Below are positions 49,101 through 60,572 of a stretch of 64,000 nucleotides of DNA, one piece after another; the first letter of the stretch is position 1; the number at the start of each line of letters is the position of its first letter. The stretch is from the NCBI GenBank assembly GCA_965113315.1, contig OZ220369.1. One strand, written 5' to 3'. The notes under the pieces were generated by a model. That model ran no database searches. It was given only the letters and a program-made list of their open reading frames with translations, and was not told the origin of the DNA. This stretch comes from Podarcis vaucheri (lineage: Eukaryota). A program made the position numbers and the translations under genes.

Positions 49101-50191
49101 TAAATCAGAACCACCAGCACACCCTTGGGAATTGGAGACAGGGTGCAACACAGGTGAACCTCTGCTGGCTTTCTGCTGTGAAAGTGGGGGCATCTCCCTC
49201 CCTGCACAAATAACTTTGCAATCACCTAGCACACCTTCCAGATATATCATTACTGCCACCACAGGGAGCCTTTACTGGAATCGTGGGGAATAAATATTTA
49301 TTCAAATTTTTAATAAAACTGATAGAAGGGAAACAAAGGATGAAGATAATGCCACATGCAAGATTTGTTTGTTTGTTTGTTTGCATTTTCCTACCTTACA
49401 CTTGCTTTGAACTCAAGGTCATTTGTGAAAGAACAAGGGTTTGACCTCAGCCCTCCACTCTGTCTGGAAAGCTTGAAATTGCTTGTGTTAATCCAGAACA
49501 GATTGGTCTGGGGTGAGGGTGGGGGCGCTGCCTGATGTGTCCCAGAGAGCGAGTTGGAAGGAAGAGAAACTAGGTGAGGCAGCTGTTGCTGCTGCTGCTA
49601 TGTGTGTGTGTGTGAATGGGGCCTGTAATAAAAAAGCTGCAATATGGAGCACTGCTCTCCTAGGATACTCCTTTTCCCTCTCTTCCATTCTGGTTTCCCC
49701 TTTCCAACAGGCAACCTAGTATTCCATGGCCTCTGAGTGAGTTTACATCATTGGGCTGTTGGGGGTCATTCTTTCTCTTCTCCCCTAAGTGTTTTTTCCT
49801 TCATAATATGTGTTATACCTTTGCAAGACCTAGGGGTATTCCCCAGAGCATTTTAATTCCTCCTTTGTTCCTCAGTGACCCTGTTTGCTAAAACCCCATT
49901 GGCACTCACCAGCTGAGTTCGCTGTTAGAAGGAGTGATGGGGCTTCTTCCCTAAGGGGCAAGTTCGGTCTTGGCCTACTGGGGGAAATGGTGATAGGAAG
50001 GAGAACACTTTTGTAAAGGCTTGCTGCAGAGGACGGGACCAGGCACTTGTTGCATCCTAGATTCTCACCCAAGATTATTGTCTTTGATATTTGGGGATTG
50101 TGGTGGCGGTATCCCACCCACCCACCCTCCAAATTCACAGCAACCCCCTTTGTTGGTCAACTCCTAATCTCCATTTTTTGGTCCCATGCAG

Positions 50192-50366
50192 GCAACTCTG
50201 TCTTCTCCTGAATGCTGAGAACATCTTTCACTCGATGGCTGACATCCTGCTGCGGGAGGAAGACCTCAAGTTTGCCTCAACGATGGTCCACACCCTCAAC
50301 ACCATCCTTCTGACTTCTTCTGAGCTCTTCCAGCTGAGGAACCAACTCAAGGATCTGAAGACGGCG
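50192..50366 (+). CDS. VAC14: VAC14 exon 15 equivalent, [58 protein letters not shown]
   Basis: gcag|G acceptor, GCG|gtatgt donor, 175 nt; C-terminal Fig4-binding region. Confidence 0.97.
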
Positions 50367-50784
50367 GTATGTTGCACCTGAGAAGATGTGTCTGTGACTT
50401 TGCTGGGCTGTGCAGCCTCTTTCTCCACCCACCCTAGAAGTGACTTGGGCACTGCATGCTGGAGCTCAGGCGGCCATCAACACACACACCCCCCTGTTTT
50501 TTAAAGCTGTCTAGGTTGGTTGTCGCCACTGTCTTGTGTCTTGTGCTTGTGTCGCTATCTACCATAAGTGGCACACATGGCGGTCCTGCTGTGCTTGGTA
50601 GTGCTGAAGCCTTGCCACCAGGACATCTGGCTCTGCATTGTTGCAGGAGGTGACCCCTCGTCCCACCCTGCTACCTAGTTTTTGGGGCTCTGTTTTTCTG
50701 GAGTTGCCTTTGGTTCCCAAAAGCAGACTTGGGAGTGGTGTGTGGAGGTGCAAGTCAACTCTTCTTACTTTTTTGTCTCCCCAG

Positions 50785-50903
50785 GAGAGCCGCAACCTGT
50801 TCTGCTGCCTGTACCGTTCCTGGTGCCACAACCCAGTGACCACCGTCTCCCTCTGCTTCCTCACTCAGAACTACAAGCATGCCTATGACCTCATCCAGAA
50901 GTT
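50785..50903 (+). CDS. VAC14: VAC14 exon 16 equivalent, [40 protein letters not shown]
   Basis: ccag|GAG acceptor, 119 nt; ends at U12 donor TT|GTATCCTTC. Confidence 0.97.
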
Positions 50904-52696
50904 GTATCCTTCTAGCACGGGGAGGGAGGGAAGGCACATGAGATGGTGGCTGTCTGCACTGTGGAGTCTAAGCAGGCCTCGGAAGCTGCTGCCTCTTGGC
51001 CCATAAAATACGGCAGTGAACTCGGGCTGCCAATTAGAAGTGGTCAGCCCCAAGGTCCTTTACATTGCGGAAGGCATCTTCATTTTCTGACATTCACCAT
51101 TGCACATCATGATAGCAGCAGAGACCAGAACGGCTCCTATGGCTGGAAAAGTCTCTCAGATAAAAGAGCTCAAAAGTCGTAAGGATGTTGGGAGATGGTG
51201 GATGATGTACAGGACTGGATGTGCTCCCTGCCTCTCTCCCTCACCAGACGGATCTCACATAATTTAGTGCAATGTTTCTCAAACTGGGGTCCTCAGCTGT
51301 TGTTGGACTGCAACTCCCATCATCCCTGACCACTGGTCCTGCTAGCTGGGGGTGATGGGAGTTGTAGTCCAACAACAGCTGGGGACCCCAGTTTGACAAA
51401 CATTGCACTAAATTATGTGAGATCCACTTGGTCATCTTAAAATGGGCATAGTGCAGAAACAGAGGAAAGCAGAGGGCGAATGGGGGCAGAAGAGACAGCA
51501 GAGCATCGTTTCAATTACACATCCTTTGGCTTAGCTGCAGTAGGATATTATTTTGGAGATTTATATCCTGCCTTGGATTGATCCTCAAAGCAGCTTACAA
51601 TAGATTGCAGTAACACAGAGAGAAACCTGAAAGCTCCCAGCCATGCAAAGCATTGACCACTGAGCACATGGCACAACTTGCTGGTTAGGACTTCCAGGAA
51701 TAGGGGAGGTTTGAGAAGAGCCTATTTGTAGCATTCGCACAGTTCTCAGCTAAGGCCAGTTTCATGCCTAATGCTGCTGGGGGGTACTGGGGGTGCAAAC
51801 TGCCAGGCCCTGTTACATGGGGCTGGTTTTTGTCTGAAGTCTCTCCTATGTGCTTTGAACCATGTTTTAAAATTCATGGCGAACTCATCTTCAGACTTCT
51901 AAAAATTATATTATTGGGCATAAACAGAGTACTACAGGCTGTATGTGCATGACCAATCTCTTAGGTACACACAAGTTCAGATTCTCTTTTAAGAGCACTT
52001 GGCGTCTATTAAAATTACAATAATTTTAATCTTACTAAGTTTATCACCACCAGTAACTTTAAATCCACTAGAGCAGTCTTCGTCAACCTAGGACGCTCCA
52101 GACATTTTGGACTGCAACTCCCATCAGCTCCCCAGACAGCACCAGGTTGGCGAAGGCTACACTAGACTGTGTACATTTAGATTTTTGCTGTTACCACTGA
52201 CCTGCTTCTGCCACAAAAATTTTGAACATGGGCCTGCCTTAGCAGAAACTGTCCGTTCCCAGGACTTTTTTCCAACAATGAGGATTAAACAGCTTCTCTG
52301 TTTTTAGCTCATGTTTCCATGTTGAGAAGGCGGGAACAGTCAGATCTGGCAGAATAATCCACATTTTGTGCTTAGCATTGGAAAAGTGGCCTGCGGGTAG
52401 GCAAGGGTGGAGGGAGTTTCTTCCAGGAAGGCCTCTCTGTGTCTCTGTACGAGCCCCATCAAAAGGCAGTGGCGTTTTGCAAGCACCTTCATCATGCCAT
52501 CTTCAAAGCCAGGAGCTTAAGAGAAGAAGCTTGTTCATCCTCTCTCTGGTCTTTGGCTTTGTAGGGCAGCGTGGTGTTAGGCTGTGTGGCTTCTGCCCCC
52601 CCCCCAGTGCCTAGTGCCTTCCAGATGTTTTGGACTACAAATCCCATCAGCCCCTGCCAGCATGGGCAGATTAGGCTCCTTAACAGCCGTGCTCAG
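50904..52696 (+). other. VAC14: U12-type (minor spliceosome) GT-AG intron 16
   Basis: 5' GTATCCTTC; branch TCCTTAAC at 52677-52684, 12 nt before the intron end; no pyrimidine tract; splicing restores QKF-GDLEV. Confidence 0.95.
51250..51425. repeat. 176-nt inverted repeat built on a palindromic hAT-like MITE; family copies also near 4885, 17760, 26060, 30110, 39490, 52073, 52610 and 57080
   Basis: About 77-bp arms with 4 mismatches and an about 22-nt loop. Confidence 0.92.
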
Positions 52697-52776
52697 TGGT
52701 GACCTGGAGGTCACAGTGGATTTCCTGATTGAGGTTGACAAGCTGGTCCAGTTGATTGAGTGTCCGATTTTTACAT
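52697..52776 (+). CDS. VAC14: VAC14 exon 17 equivalent, [26 protein letters not shown]
   Basis: ctcag|T acceptor, T|gtaagc donor, 80 nt. Confidence 0.97.
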
Positions 52777-53212
52777 GTAAGCTCTCTTTCACTCTTGCAG
52801 AAGTGTGTATGTGTGTGCGCTCGCATTGGCAGGAGGGTTTGGGGGGCTTTGCACTTTGTGGTGCATTAGCATTGACACACGTACCCGAGGCCCCACTCCC
52901 TCATTGCAACTGGCAACGTGGCCCAAATAAATAGAGCAGAAGTTATGAGCCTCTTTGCTGTGAGACCTTCTGGCTCATGTGCCCATTAGGGCCATCCAAA
53001 AGCAGCAGCAGCATTGCAGTGGATAGGAAGCAGAATGTAGGTTAGGGACACAAACTGCATTTGCTCAGGGGAGACCAAGGGAAACAGGGGATGAAAAACC
53101 AGCCCCAGGGGGGAAGGTGGGGGGAACTGAGTGGGTCTGCTCTGGAGAAGAAAAGGATAACATACTTCAAGTCCCCAAGGGCCCCCTGCATAAGAGAAGT
53201 GGAGAGGCTTCT

Positions 53213-53214
<2 letters not shown>

Positions 53215-53250
<36 letters not shown>
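53215..53250. repeat. (GCT)12 trinucleotide repeat
   Basis: Direct reading. Confidence 0.95.
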
Positions 53251-53253
<3 letters not shown>

Positions 53254-53409
53254 GCTGCCCCAGAGAGGGCAGAGACTTGATCACATGGGCTTAAGTAATA
53301 GATGGGTAGCTGTTAGCTGAACATTAAGAAACTTGCTGGGAAGAGCTGTTGGACAAGGCGATTGCAGGGTGGGGTGGAGGCCCCCCTTAGCTATCTTCCT
53401 TCAAGCAAA

Positions 53410-53625
53410 GGCTACTAGCCACGATGGCCACGCTCTGCCTTCCACAGCTGGAGGCAGTGGTGCTACTGAATATTGGTTTGCTGGGAACCACAGGAGAAGA
53501 GAGTGTTTTTGTGCTCAGGTCCTGCTTGCAGTTTTCCTATAGGCATCTGGGTGGCCATGGTGAGAACAGGATGCTGAACTAGACAGGCCATTTCCCTGAT
53601 CCAACAGGCTGCTCTTATGTTCTCA
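53410..53625 (+). mobile_element. CR1 3' UTR fragment
   Basis: ggctactagccacgatggc...ctgatccaacaggctgctcttatgttct. Confidence 0.65.
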
Positions 53626-53725
53626 GAGGCTGGACAAATCCTTCTTTGATCTGCTGGGGATGGCGGCTCCAGCTCTCAATCTCCTGCATTGATCAGGCAA
53701 GGGGTTGGGCTACCAGGTGGCCTAT

Positions 53726-54089
53726 AAAGGTAAAGGTACCCCTGCCCGTACGGGCCAGTCGTGTCCGACTCTAGGGTTGTGCGCCCATCTCACTTAAGAG
53801 GCCGGGGGCCAGCGCTGTCCGGAGACACTTCCGGGTCACGTGGCCAGTGTGACGAAGCTGCTCTGGCGAGCCAGCACCAGCGCAGCACACGAAACGCCGT
53901 TTACCTTCCCGCTATAAAGCAGTACCTATTTATCTACTTGCACTTAGGGGTGCTTTCAAACTGCTAGGTGGGCAGGAGTTGGGACCGAAAGATGGGAGCT
54001 CACCCCGCCGCGGGGATTCAAACCGCCGACCATACAATCGGCAAGTCCTAGGCTCTGAGGTTTTACCCACAGCGCCACCCGCGTCCCCC
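53726..54089 (-). mobile_element. Sauria SINE, full-length young copy
   Basis: Minus-strand head GGGGACGCGGGTGGCGCTGTGG (A-box) and GGTTTGAATCC (B-box); (ACCTTT)n tail; many CpGs retained. Confidence 0.9.
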
Positions 54090-55130
54090 ACAAAAAAGAC
54101 CCTTTTTGATTCCAGGCTCTGACCTTTGCACTGGAGTTGATGTAGAAACTCAGGGGGCAAGTTCCACTTTGGAATGTGCTTCTGAGCTACCTGTTGCTAC
54201 AGAAGTGAGAGCCTCAGCAGCAGAAATGATTTCTCCCACTCCTGCTGAACCATGTGACCTTGTACCATGCCCTCCAGAGTCTTCCTTTCCATGCAGCTGC
54301 AGTAGCCACCAGTGTAGTGGATGTCAACATGGGAGCCACTTGCAGCAATGGTTGCAAGGAGCTTCTGTTCCATGCAGAAGCCCCCCCCCTTTGTTCTTTT
54401 TAATTGCTGGGATCTTCACTGGGGATGAGGCACTGCTGTCTCCCACCCATGCCTGCCCAACTGGGCTGTTGCAAGGCAACTATCTCACTCTGGAGGGGAC
54501 CTGCAAGGCAATCTGGAGCAGCACCCTGGCATACACCAAGGTCCCCTTGTCCAAATAAAGCCTCTCCTACTTTCTGCCCCTCATAAGAAGAGCTCTGCAG
54601 CTGGATCAGGCCAAAGGAGGCCCTTGGGCTCACATCCCTGCCCGGGCCTCACACTGTCTCCTGAACTTGCTGCTTCAATGACAAACCTTTCTCCATAAGC
54701 TGGCTTTCCTGTTTCTATGATACCCCATAGAGCAGGTGTTAAACTCCTCAGATCCCTTTGCCTATGCTACCAAAGAGGCATGCATGCACACAACACTCCT
54801 TCTTGCACAAAGGCAGTCCCACTGTGATTCCCCCCCCCCCAACCCTCCGAGATTCATTGCCATTTCAGTGTCTTTCTCCTATTTCTGGGTCTATTTGCTG
54901 AGTGGATGGCAGCATCTCTGTGCTTTCCATGGCAGAAAGATCCCCATTTTCCACCAGGGACACACAAATGGTGTGATGGCATGCGGCTGCATGCATGCAT
55001 GCAAAAAGCAAGAAGACGGATGGAAGAGAAGAACGCAGAGGATCTGTGCACCCTGCTTCTCCCTCCCCCTTTTTGGAGAAAGGTCAGCAGCTTTCACAGC
55101 CCTGCTTACCCTTCCCTTCTTTGCTTGCAG

Positions 55131-55281
55131 ATCTCCGCTTGCAGCTGCTGGATGTGAAGAACAACCCTTACCTCATCAAGGCTCTGTACGGGCTTCTGAT
55201 GCTCCTGCCCCAGAGCAATGCCTTCCAGCTCCTCTCCCACCGCCTACAGTGCGTGCCCAACCCAGAACTCCTGCAAACAGC
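55131..55281 (+). CDS. VAC14: VAC14 exon 18 equivalent, [51 protein letters not shown]
   Basis: ttgcag|AT acceptor, GC|gtaagt donor, 151 nt. Confidence 0.97.
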
Positions 55282-58200
55282 GTAAGTCGCCAACGCGCCT
55301 CTGGGGCATCCTTCAGAGCAGCTTGCCCCACTGCTTTGGCTGCCTGCCCTACAGAGAGGCAGAGCTTCTGCAGAGGCTGTCTTGCTGCAGGACCATCCAG
55401 CCACGAAGGAGTGGGGAGGACCCCTTGGGCACAGGAGGGCACGTATAAAATGCTATTTGTTGTTGGCACTAAGGACAGGGTGCACATTTTCAAGATAATA
55501 ACACTGTCCAGTACACGAGGCAGGAAGGTGTGGACTTATCCAGCACGCTGCCTTGTTGTGGTACCATGAGGAGAGAAGCCATGTCTGTCTACACCCCTCA
55601 CCCTCTCTCCTATGCAGCTACTGCATTAAGCCCAGAGCTTTATGTTGGGTCAGGAGCTGGCCCCACTTGCTAATTCTCCGCCATCACATTGGCCTGCCTT
55701 TCCTTCTAGCACACCTTATGGTGGCTTTGGCAGGACCTTCAGAGCTCTCTGCATCTGCCAAGTGCTGGTTGTGGAAGACTGGAGTTCTGCTTGGTTGATG
55801 GTGCTCGTTGATGGTGGGGTCAGCTGATCATTAGGTGCAGATCTGCTTGTGGACTTGGTTGTGTGGATGCACTTAGCCAGGGCCTGTGTTTTGAGTAGAC
55901 AGCACTTCCCATGACAGTTTCTGTTTGTTAGCAGAAGGAGTGTCTGTTGGCCCCATGACTCATGTAGGCTGGCTGGAGTAAGAGAAGGAACAGTAGTTCG
56001 TTTTCAACATCAATGATGGAGCGTCCGCCTGGCCTGGCACCACTACTGGGCATTCCTGTGTGTGCCGACAGTGCCCAGCTCTGACTTCAGCACAGCGGGA
56101 AGGGGAAGGATCCCTGTGCATGGCCCAGATCCTGCCAGCCAGTCATGCCTCACCCCATCCCCAGGCAAACATAATTTGCATGGGTTTTCTAGCCTGGGCT
56201 CTGCCTTAAGTTGAAGCTCCCCTACTGGCCTTTCCTGCCCCTTGAGCTTGTCACCTTCAGGCCCAGCTGAGGCCCACGTCTCTTCTTGCAGAGTCCCTCT
56301 GTGTGGTGGTGGTGACTGGCCGCTTGCCTCCCTTCCCCCCATGGCAGAGAGACTATAAGGGAGCAGCGATCTGAACCGTCCAGTTTTCTTCTGTGGCTCT
56401 TCTGCTCCAGGGGCTGTAGTCTTTGAGTTGGGGGGGGGCTGCAACTCTCAGCAGGCAAGGCCCCCAAGGGTGTGCCGAGAGCCATTCCTGGAGCTGTTTT
56501 GTGAGAGGGGGGAGGACTTCAGGTCCATCCTCCTTGCCCTGCACAGTGAAGCACTTTTTGAGTTTTGTCTATATTTGGTCAGCCTCGGAGGGCTGTGCCT
56601 CATCCACAGGCATTTGGCATCTGGGATGGAAACTTTCCCTTGTGGTATTGCCATGGAAACAAGCAGAGCCATGGAGGAGATGGGAAGGAGCCCGTTCCCA
56701 TCAGCGTGCCAGGGGAGCTTGTTTAGGTCTCCTTGGGGATCCTGCATGAACCGCAGGCAGCAAGAAGCCAGCTCTCTCCTCCTCCTCCTTCTCCAGGCGC
56801 AGAGTGCCTGCTGTTGAGGCTGTTGTCCGGCAGGGCAAAGCAGGGTGAGCCACCAGCTGTCCCCTCCCCTTTTCTCCTCTTCCCTTTGGGTACAGCAGCT
56901 GCATTTGGAAGGCTCTTTCCCTTTCAGGAGAGCTTTCTCTTTGCCCAGCTCTTAGGATTCTTGCATATAAGGGCAGCAGCTTTTTGTGCTGCTGTTTTTC
57001 AAAGAAGTCCAGTGCATGCACTGGGGAATGGAGTCCATGTCCAAAGATCCATTTTTTAAAAAATTGCCAGGGAGCCAGGTGTTGGTGTTGGGCTCCAAAT
57101 CCCATCAGCCCCAACAGCCAGCATGGCATCACATACCCAGGAATGATGGGAGTTGGGAGTCCAGCAATACCACCTGGAAATGATACGTTCTGGAAATGGC
57201 TCCAGGAGGGGCTGCACATCTACTCCCCTCTTCAGATCTTCAGAATCTGCTCTGTTTCATGGGCAAGTTGCTGCTTTGCGGCTGCTGTGAATGCAGGTCA
57301 CTGACCCTCTTTGTGTGGGCTTTGGGCCAAGAGTAGTGACAACTGCTGGGGCCCTTCCCCCCCCACCGCGGCTCTATGAAGGCTGCAGCAGGAAGGGCTC
57401 TTGCTTCCTGGAAGGCCCTTGTGTCAGAGTCTCCTGAGCTGGCCTAGAAAGGGTGGGGTGGGAGGAAGGAGCTCTGGCACTGGGGCAAAGATGAGAGTGA
57501 GGGGTGGTCAGTCTTCTTTAGCCTGTAAATGACCACGAGGGCCTTCCTTGTCAGTTGTGTGTAGGGGAGACCTGTAGGAAAATAGCAAGCCATTTAAGTA
57601 ACAGGAAAAGTGAGAGTTGCTGTGTGGATTTTACCGGGCTAGGGGGTGGGGGTGAGGAGATGTCTGCCCCTCCCCCATTTCTTTAATGTCAGATCCTGTC
57701 CCAGATTGGTGTCACTGTGACACAGCCCCATTCCGCCCCCAGGCTTGGGGGTCCTGGAGGGTCACTTTGTGTGTGAGCTGTTCTCTTCTGTGTATTTTCT
57801 ATGCCGTTTTTCTCCCATGACTGCTGAATATTTGGAGCTGTCAGACAGACTGAACATCTGATTAACTGTGACCTACATTCCATTAAACATTGGCAGTGAC
57901 TTTCATAACAAATGCAGCTGAAAAGCATCCCCTCCCCGAATTAGCTGGAGATGGGCAGCGTTAACTTGCCTTCCTACTGCCCCCAACCCTTCCCTGGTGT
58001 TTTTTCCATTTCATTGCAGGAATCAGGTAGCAGATCTCTTCCCAGTTCTGCATTGAGTGGGAGAGAGGAGGGAAGGGGGACCTTTTTGACCCAGAGGGCA
58101 AGTTCATTATCTCCCCACACCCCCAGGGCCCAACTTTGCCAGTTGGCAAAGGTGACCACCCACCAGTCAATCGCTTGATGTCATTAGAAGCCCTAATTGA

Positions 58201-58559
58201 ATCACCAAGACAGAGGCTGTTTGAGGAGATGGTGTTCCAGATCTTCTGGGTGGGTTCACACTCCTCTTGAGGAATCGTGTGTGCAGATTGTTGGAGCTTA
58301 TTGATCTAGCTGCTGCCACTATAGAAGCACAAGGGACCTCAGTGGCACACATTGTCTTTTGCCAGCTTTGTGTGCCAGCCTCTCCTGACAAAGAGTCTAG
58401 CCAGAGATATTTATGCTCCTGTAATCTTCTGTTTAGACTAGTGCTGTGCCCTACATGTGGGGCTGCCCTTGAAGATGGGTCAGCTGCTGTAGCTAGTACA
58501 GAATGCAGCTATTTTGTGGTTTCACCCCCCTCCCCCATCTAAAGCAGTATTTGAGTTAT

Positions 58560-58797
58560 TTTGTTTGGCCTGGAAAAGAGGAGATTGAGGGGAGATATGA
58601 TAGCCATAATCAAATATCTAAAGGGCCGTCACATGGAAGATGGAGCAAGCTTGTTTTCTCCTGCTTCGGAGGCTAGGACTCGAACCAATGGATTTGAGTT
58701 ACAAGAAAGGAGATTCCAACTAAACATATGGAAGAATTTTCTGACAGTAAGCACTGTTTGACGGTGGAACAGACTCCCTTGGAAGGTTGGGGACTCT
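58560..58797 (+). mobile_element. CR1 ORF2 C-terminal fragment
   Basis: FGLEKRRLRGDMIAIIKYLKG...RTRTNGFELQERRFQLNIWKNFLTV. Confidence 0.88.
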
Positions 58798-60190
58798 CTT
58801 TTTTATTAATATTTTTTATTAAATTTTCAAATTTTACATTTCAAATTAAACTTATTTTATTATACCGTACATTGATTTACTTCCCTCCCTCCCTTTCCAA
58901 GGTTCATTTAACTTATCCACCATTCCTGCATATTTTAATATATCCAACTAATTTAATTTCCCTATCTTACATCAGTTCAAAATATGTTATATTGTTGAAT
59001 TACTTTAATACTGCCAGCATTTTTAACTGTGCATGATTATTTTCAATATACTTGACAAAAAAATTCCACTCCTCTTTAAATACCTGTTTTTGTTCTCATA
59101 TTCTACTTGTTAGGCCTGCTAATTCTGCATATTCTATCGTCTTAAGTTGACAGTCTTCCTTACTAGGGACCTCTCTCACTTTCTGTTTTTGGGCTAGCAA
59201 GATCCAAGCCGCTGTTGTTGCGTACATGAATAAATTCTTCTGACTCCTGGGAACCTCTGTCTGAATAATTTCTAAGAGAAATGCTACTGGCTTTTTTTAA
59301 AAAAAGTTGTTTTAAACATCTTTTTCATCTCATTATATATCATTTCCCAATATACTTTAACTTTTTTGCATACCCACCACATATGGGAAAAAGTTCCTTC
59401 TACTTCTTTGCATTTCCAACATAAGTCCGATTCCACCTTATACAGTGGTACCTCAGGTTACATATGCTTCAGGTTACAGACTCTGCTAACCCAGAAATAG
59501 TGCTTCAGGTTAAGAACTTTGCTTCAGGATGAGAACAGAAATCGTGCTCCAGCGGCGCAGAGCAGCAGGAGGCCCCATTAGCTAAAGTGGTGCTTTAGGT
59601 TAAGAACAGTTTCAGGTTAAATAAGGACTTTCGGAACGAATTAAGTACTTAACCCAAGGTACTACTGTACATCTTAGCCAATCTACTCGGAGTTAAATAT
59701 CATCTATGGATCATTTTCATATAATTCTCTTTCAATGTGTAGCATGCAGTAAATTTCAGATGGTTTTCCCCAAAATTTCTCCCAGAGGTTTAAGTCTATA
59801 TTATATCCTATATCCATTGCCCAGTAGGTCACTGATTATTGAATCAGCTCATCTTTTGTTTCCCATTCCAATAACAGTGTATACATTTTGGACAATAATT
59901 TTTCCTTGTTCGTCAGTAACTCTTTTTTCAAACTGTGAGCTTTTTTTAAAAAAACACAATTTTTCTTATCTAATTTAAACATATCATGTAATTGGTGATA
60001 CTGAAGCCAATCAGTAACTTGGCTTCTTACTTCTTCCAGTGGTTTCAGTCTGGGTTTGTTCCTCGAAAAGTCCAACAAATCTCTATAGGTCACCCGCCAT
60101 CTATCCATGTTTATTCTTTTAATTGTAATTGTTTCATTTGGCGACAACCATAGGGGTTGCAATGCCTGGCATCCTCCAAGTCTTTCCATC
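58798..60190 (-). mobile_element. 5'-truncated L1/Tx1-clade LINE (ORF2 C-terminus, 3' UTR, A-rich tail)
   Basis: Minus strand [35 protein letters not shown] (CCHC knuckle) once the nested MITE is removed; T-rich tail at about 58800. Confidence 0.85.
59443..59667. mobile_element. Tc1/mariner (Tigger-like) MITE nested in the L1
   Basis: TIR CAGTGGTACCTCAGGTTA / revcomp CAGTAGTACCTTGGGTTA; TA duplication 59441-59442 and 59668-59669; internal ttcaggtta repeats. Confidence 0.9.
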
Positions 60191-60531
60191 CCTTTGGAAC
60201 CCCATCCTCTCCACCTCCCACTTCTTGCAACATCCTTCTGCTGGTTGCCAAGGACTAAACTCTTCCATCATGACATTTCACTTCTTTCCTTGTGGAAAAT
60301 GAATTTCCAAGGCATTTGCTGCTGCTGCTGCTGCATTGAATCCGGGGAAAGAGGTGGATAGAACTGGAGAAGTACTCTCTTTCTTGGACCAGCTTAGGTC
60401 AGCAGCAGTTTGGAGGTCTCTTTTGACTTGCTGAAAGAGAGTGTCTGGTGGGGATTTGCGAAGTTGATAACTGTTAACAGCAGGTTTTGTTTTGTTTTGA
60501 GCTGGCCCTGTATACACGATGGGTGTGCACA

Positions 60532-60565
<34 letters not shown>
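60532..60565. repeat. Compound (CA)n(GA)n microsatellite
   Basis: Direct reading. Confidence 0.9.

Positions 60566-60572
<7 letters not shown>

Noticed and set aside
50782-50787. NAGNAG acceptor CAG/GAG at exon 16
   Set aside because: Distal GAG acceptors are rarely used and the Glu is conserved in VAC14.
53042-53320. PolyQ, polyC and polyL ORFs
   Set aside because: Translations of the (GCT)12 microsatellite.
54736-55569. Longest ORF in the track (277 aa)
   Set aside because: Overlaps exon 18 in a different frame, starts at GTG and has no recognisable domain; best explained as a chance open frame.
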